A stretch of DNA of 63,304 bases, counting the filler, from Chiloscyllium plagiosum (taxonomy: Eukaryota), in NCBI RefSeq assembly GCF_004010195.1. It is 7 parts of one record of this genome, joined end to end, with 100 filler letters (N's around TTAATTAATTAA, not from the genome) between each part and the next. Parts side by side here need not be neighbours in the genome. Positions count along the whole stretch, not along the records: positions 61,319 to 63,304 come from NC_057710.1; 6 more parts are not named here. One strand, written 5' to 3'. How positions within the stretch are numbered: position 1 is the stretch's first letter; each line of letters opens with the position of its first letter. Of this stretch, positions 62,446-63,304 are shown piece after piece. Below the pieces are notes generated by a model, which made no database searches, was not told where the DNA came from, and saw only the letters and a program-made list of their open reading frames with translations. A program made the position numbers and the translations under genes.

Positions 62446-63030
62446 CCATGGCTCCAAAGTATGGTCGCCCTGGGCGCTTATGGTGCGAGCTGCTCAATAA
62501 GAAGAGGTGGGTCGTTTGGTAAGAGAGGCAGCTATTGTCCCAGAATGGTTCCTTCCATCCCACAATTGAGAAGGTGGAGGTGCCATTAGGGGTCTCATAG
62601 TGCAGGTGGCTGGTGCTGTTACCTACACCACAAAGAGCCTGAATACCAGTAATAACAGGGACACACTCCTCCAATAGGCATTCGCGTGAGGTGCGAGGTC
62701 CCACAGGGGAGTAGTAGCGGTTGGTACATTTGATCATAATGCAGGGAATAGTCTTAGTCACATTTACGTAAACACACCCCCATCCTGGTACTGTTGTAGC
62801 AATTGGGACAGGCTACCCCTGGACTTATTAGAGAACATCCACAAGCAACTAGCAGGTGGGGATAAGTAATAGTTAAAAGAAACATTATGTCCAGTAATGT
62901 CTTAGAAACATTCCATACTCCTTCGTTGGGATTCAGGAGGGTGAAAGGGGTCAAGGAGTCCTTCGCTGATGTGAGGGCGTAATAGACCACTTCATCCCAG
63001 CCAAATATTTTGTTGTGACTTTGAAGAAAC
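62446..63030 (-). pseudogene. Probable decayed retroviral envelope (SU-like) fragment
   Basis: Cys-rich frameshifted ORFs with N-glycosylation sequons (CPNCYNST, ECVPVITGIQALCGVGNST, PNGT); no splice pattern; no TM domain visible. Confidence 0.35.
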
Positions 63031-63042
63031 AGATTAATAGAG

Positions 63043-63252
63043 CATAGAACAATGCAGCGCAGAATAGGCCCTTCAGCCCTCGATGTTGTGCTGACCTGTG
63101 AACTATTCTCAGCTCGTCCCCCTACACTATCCCAAAATCATCCATGTGCTTATCTAAGGATTGTTTAAATCTCCCTAATGTGGCTGAGTTGACTACATTA
63201 GCTGTTAGGGTATTCCACGCCCTTACCACTCTCTGCATAAAGAACCTGCCTC
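63043..63252 (-). mobile_element. CR1 3' tail
   Basis: catagaacaatgcagcgcagaataggccc..., homologous to 39330-39520. Confidence 0.88.
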
Positions 63253-63304
63253 ACCTCCTTCCACCTATCGTGTTCCCAGCGCCCCTCCCCCAAATTCCCT
63301 CCCC

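Overview
Repeat-dominated vertebrate genomic DNA, almost certainly from a cartilaginous fish (HE1-type V-SINEs and their CR1/HER1-type partner LINEs are elasmobranch hallmarks; this is an inference, the species cannot be read from sequence). It is a draft assembly with six N44-TTAATTAATTAA-N44 linkers and three other N gaps. Most bases are decayed retroelements: many CR1 LINEs (zinc-finger/SGNH-esterase ORF1, APE-RT ORF2), at least two Penelope-like (RT + GIY-YIG) families whose terminal repeats carry minimal hammerhead ribozyme motifs, Gmr1-type Ty3/Gypsy LTR elements (integrase before RT), a Rex1/Babar RT fragment, a probable ERV env fragment and SINEs. There are four tandem arrays (21, 24, 32 and ~55 bp units). 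No complete host gene is present; one probable ADAM-family prodomain exon (30986-31095) and one unassigned candidate exon (61551-61652) are visible. Most notable observations: a ~1.7 kb array of tRNA-like units each carrying a perfect Pol III B-box/T-arm hairpin, a dense set of hammerhead motifs from three sequence families, a four-level nested retroelement stack, and two local inverted templated insertions. I found no convincing intact novel protein-coding system; the long low-complexity ORFs in the track are satellite read-through.
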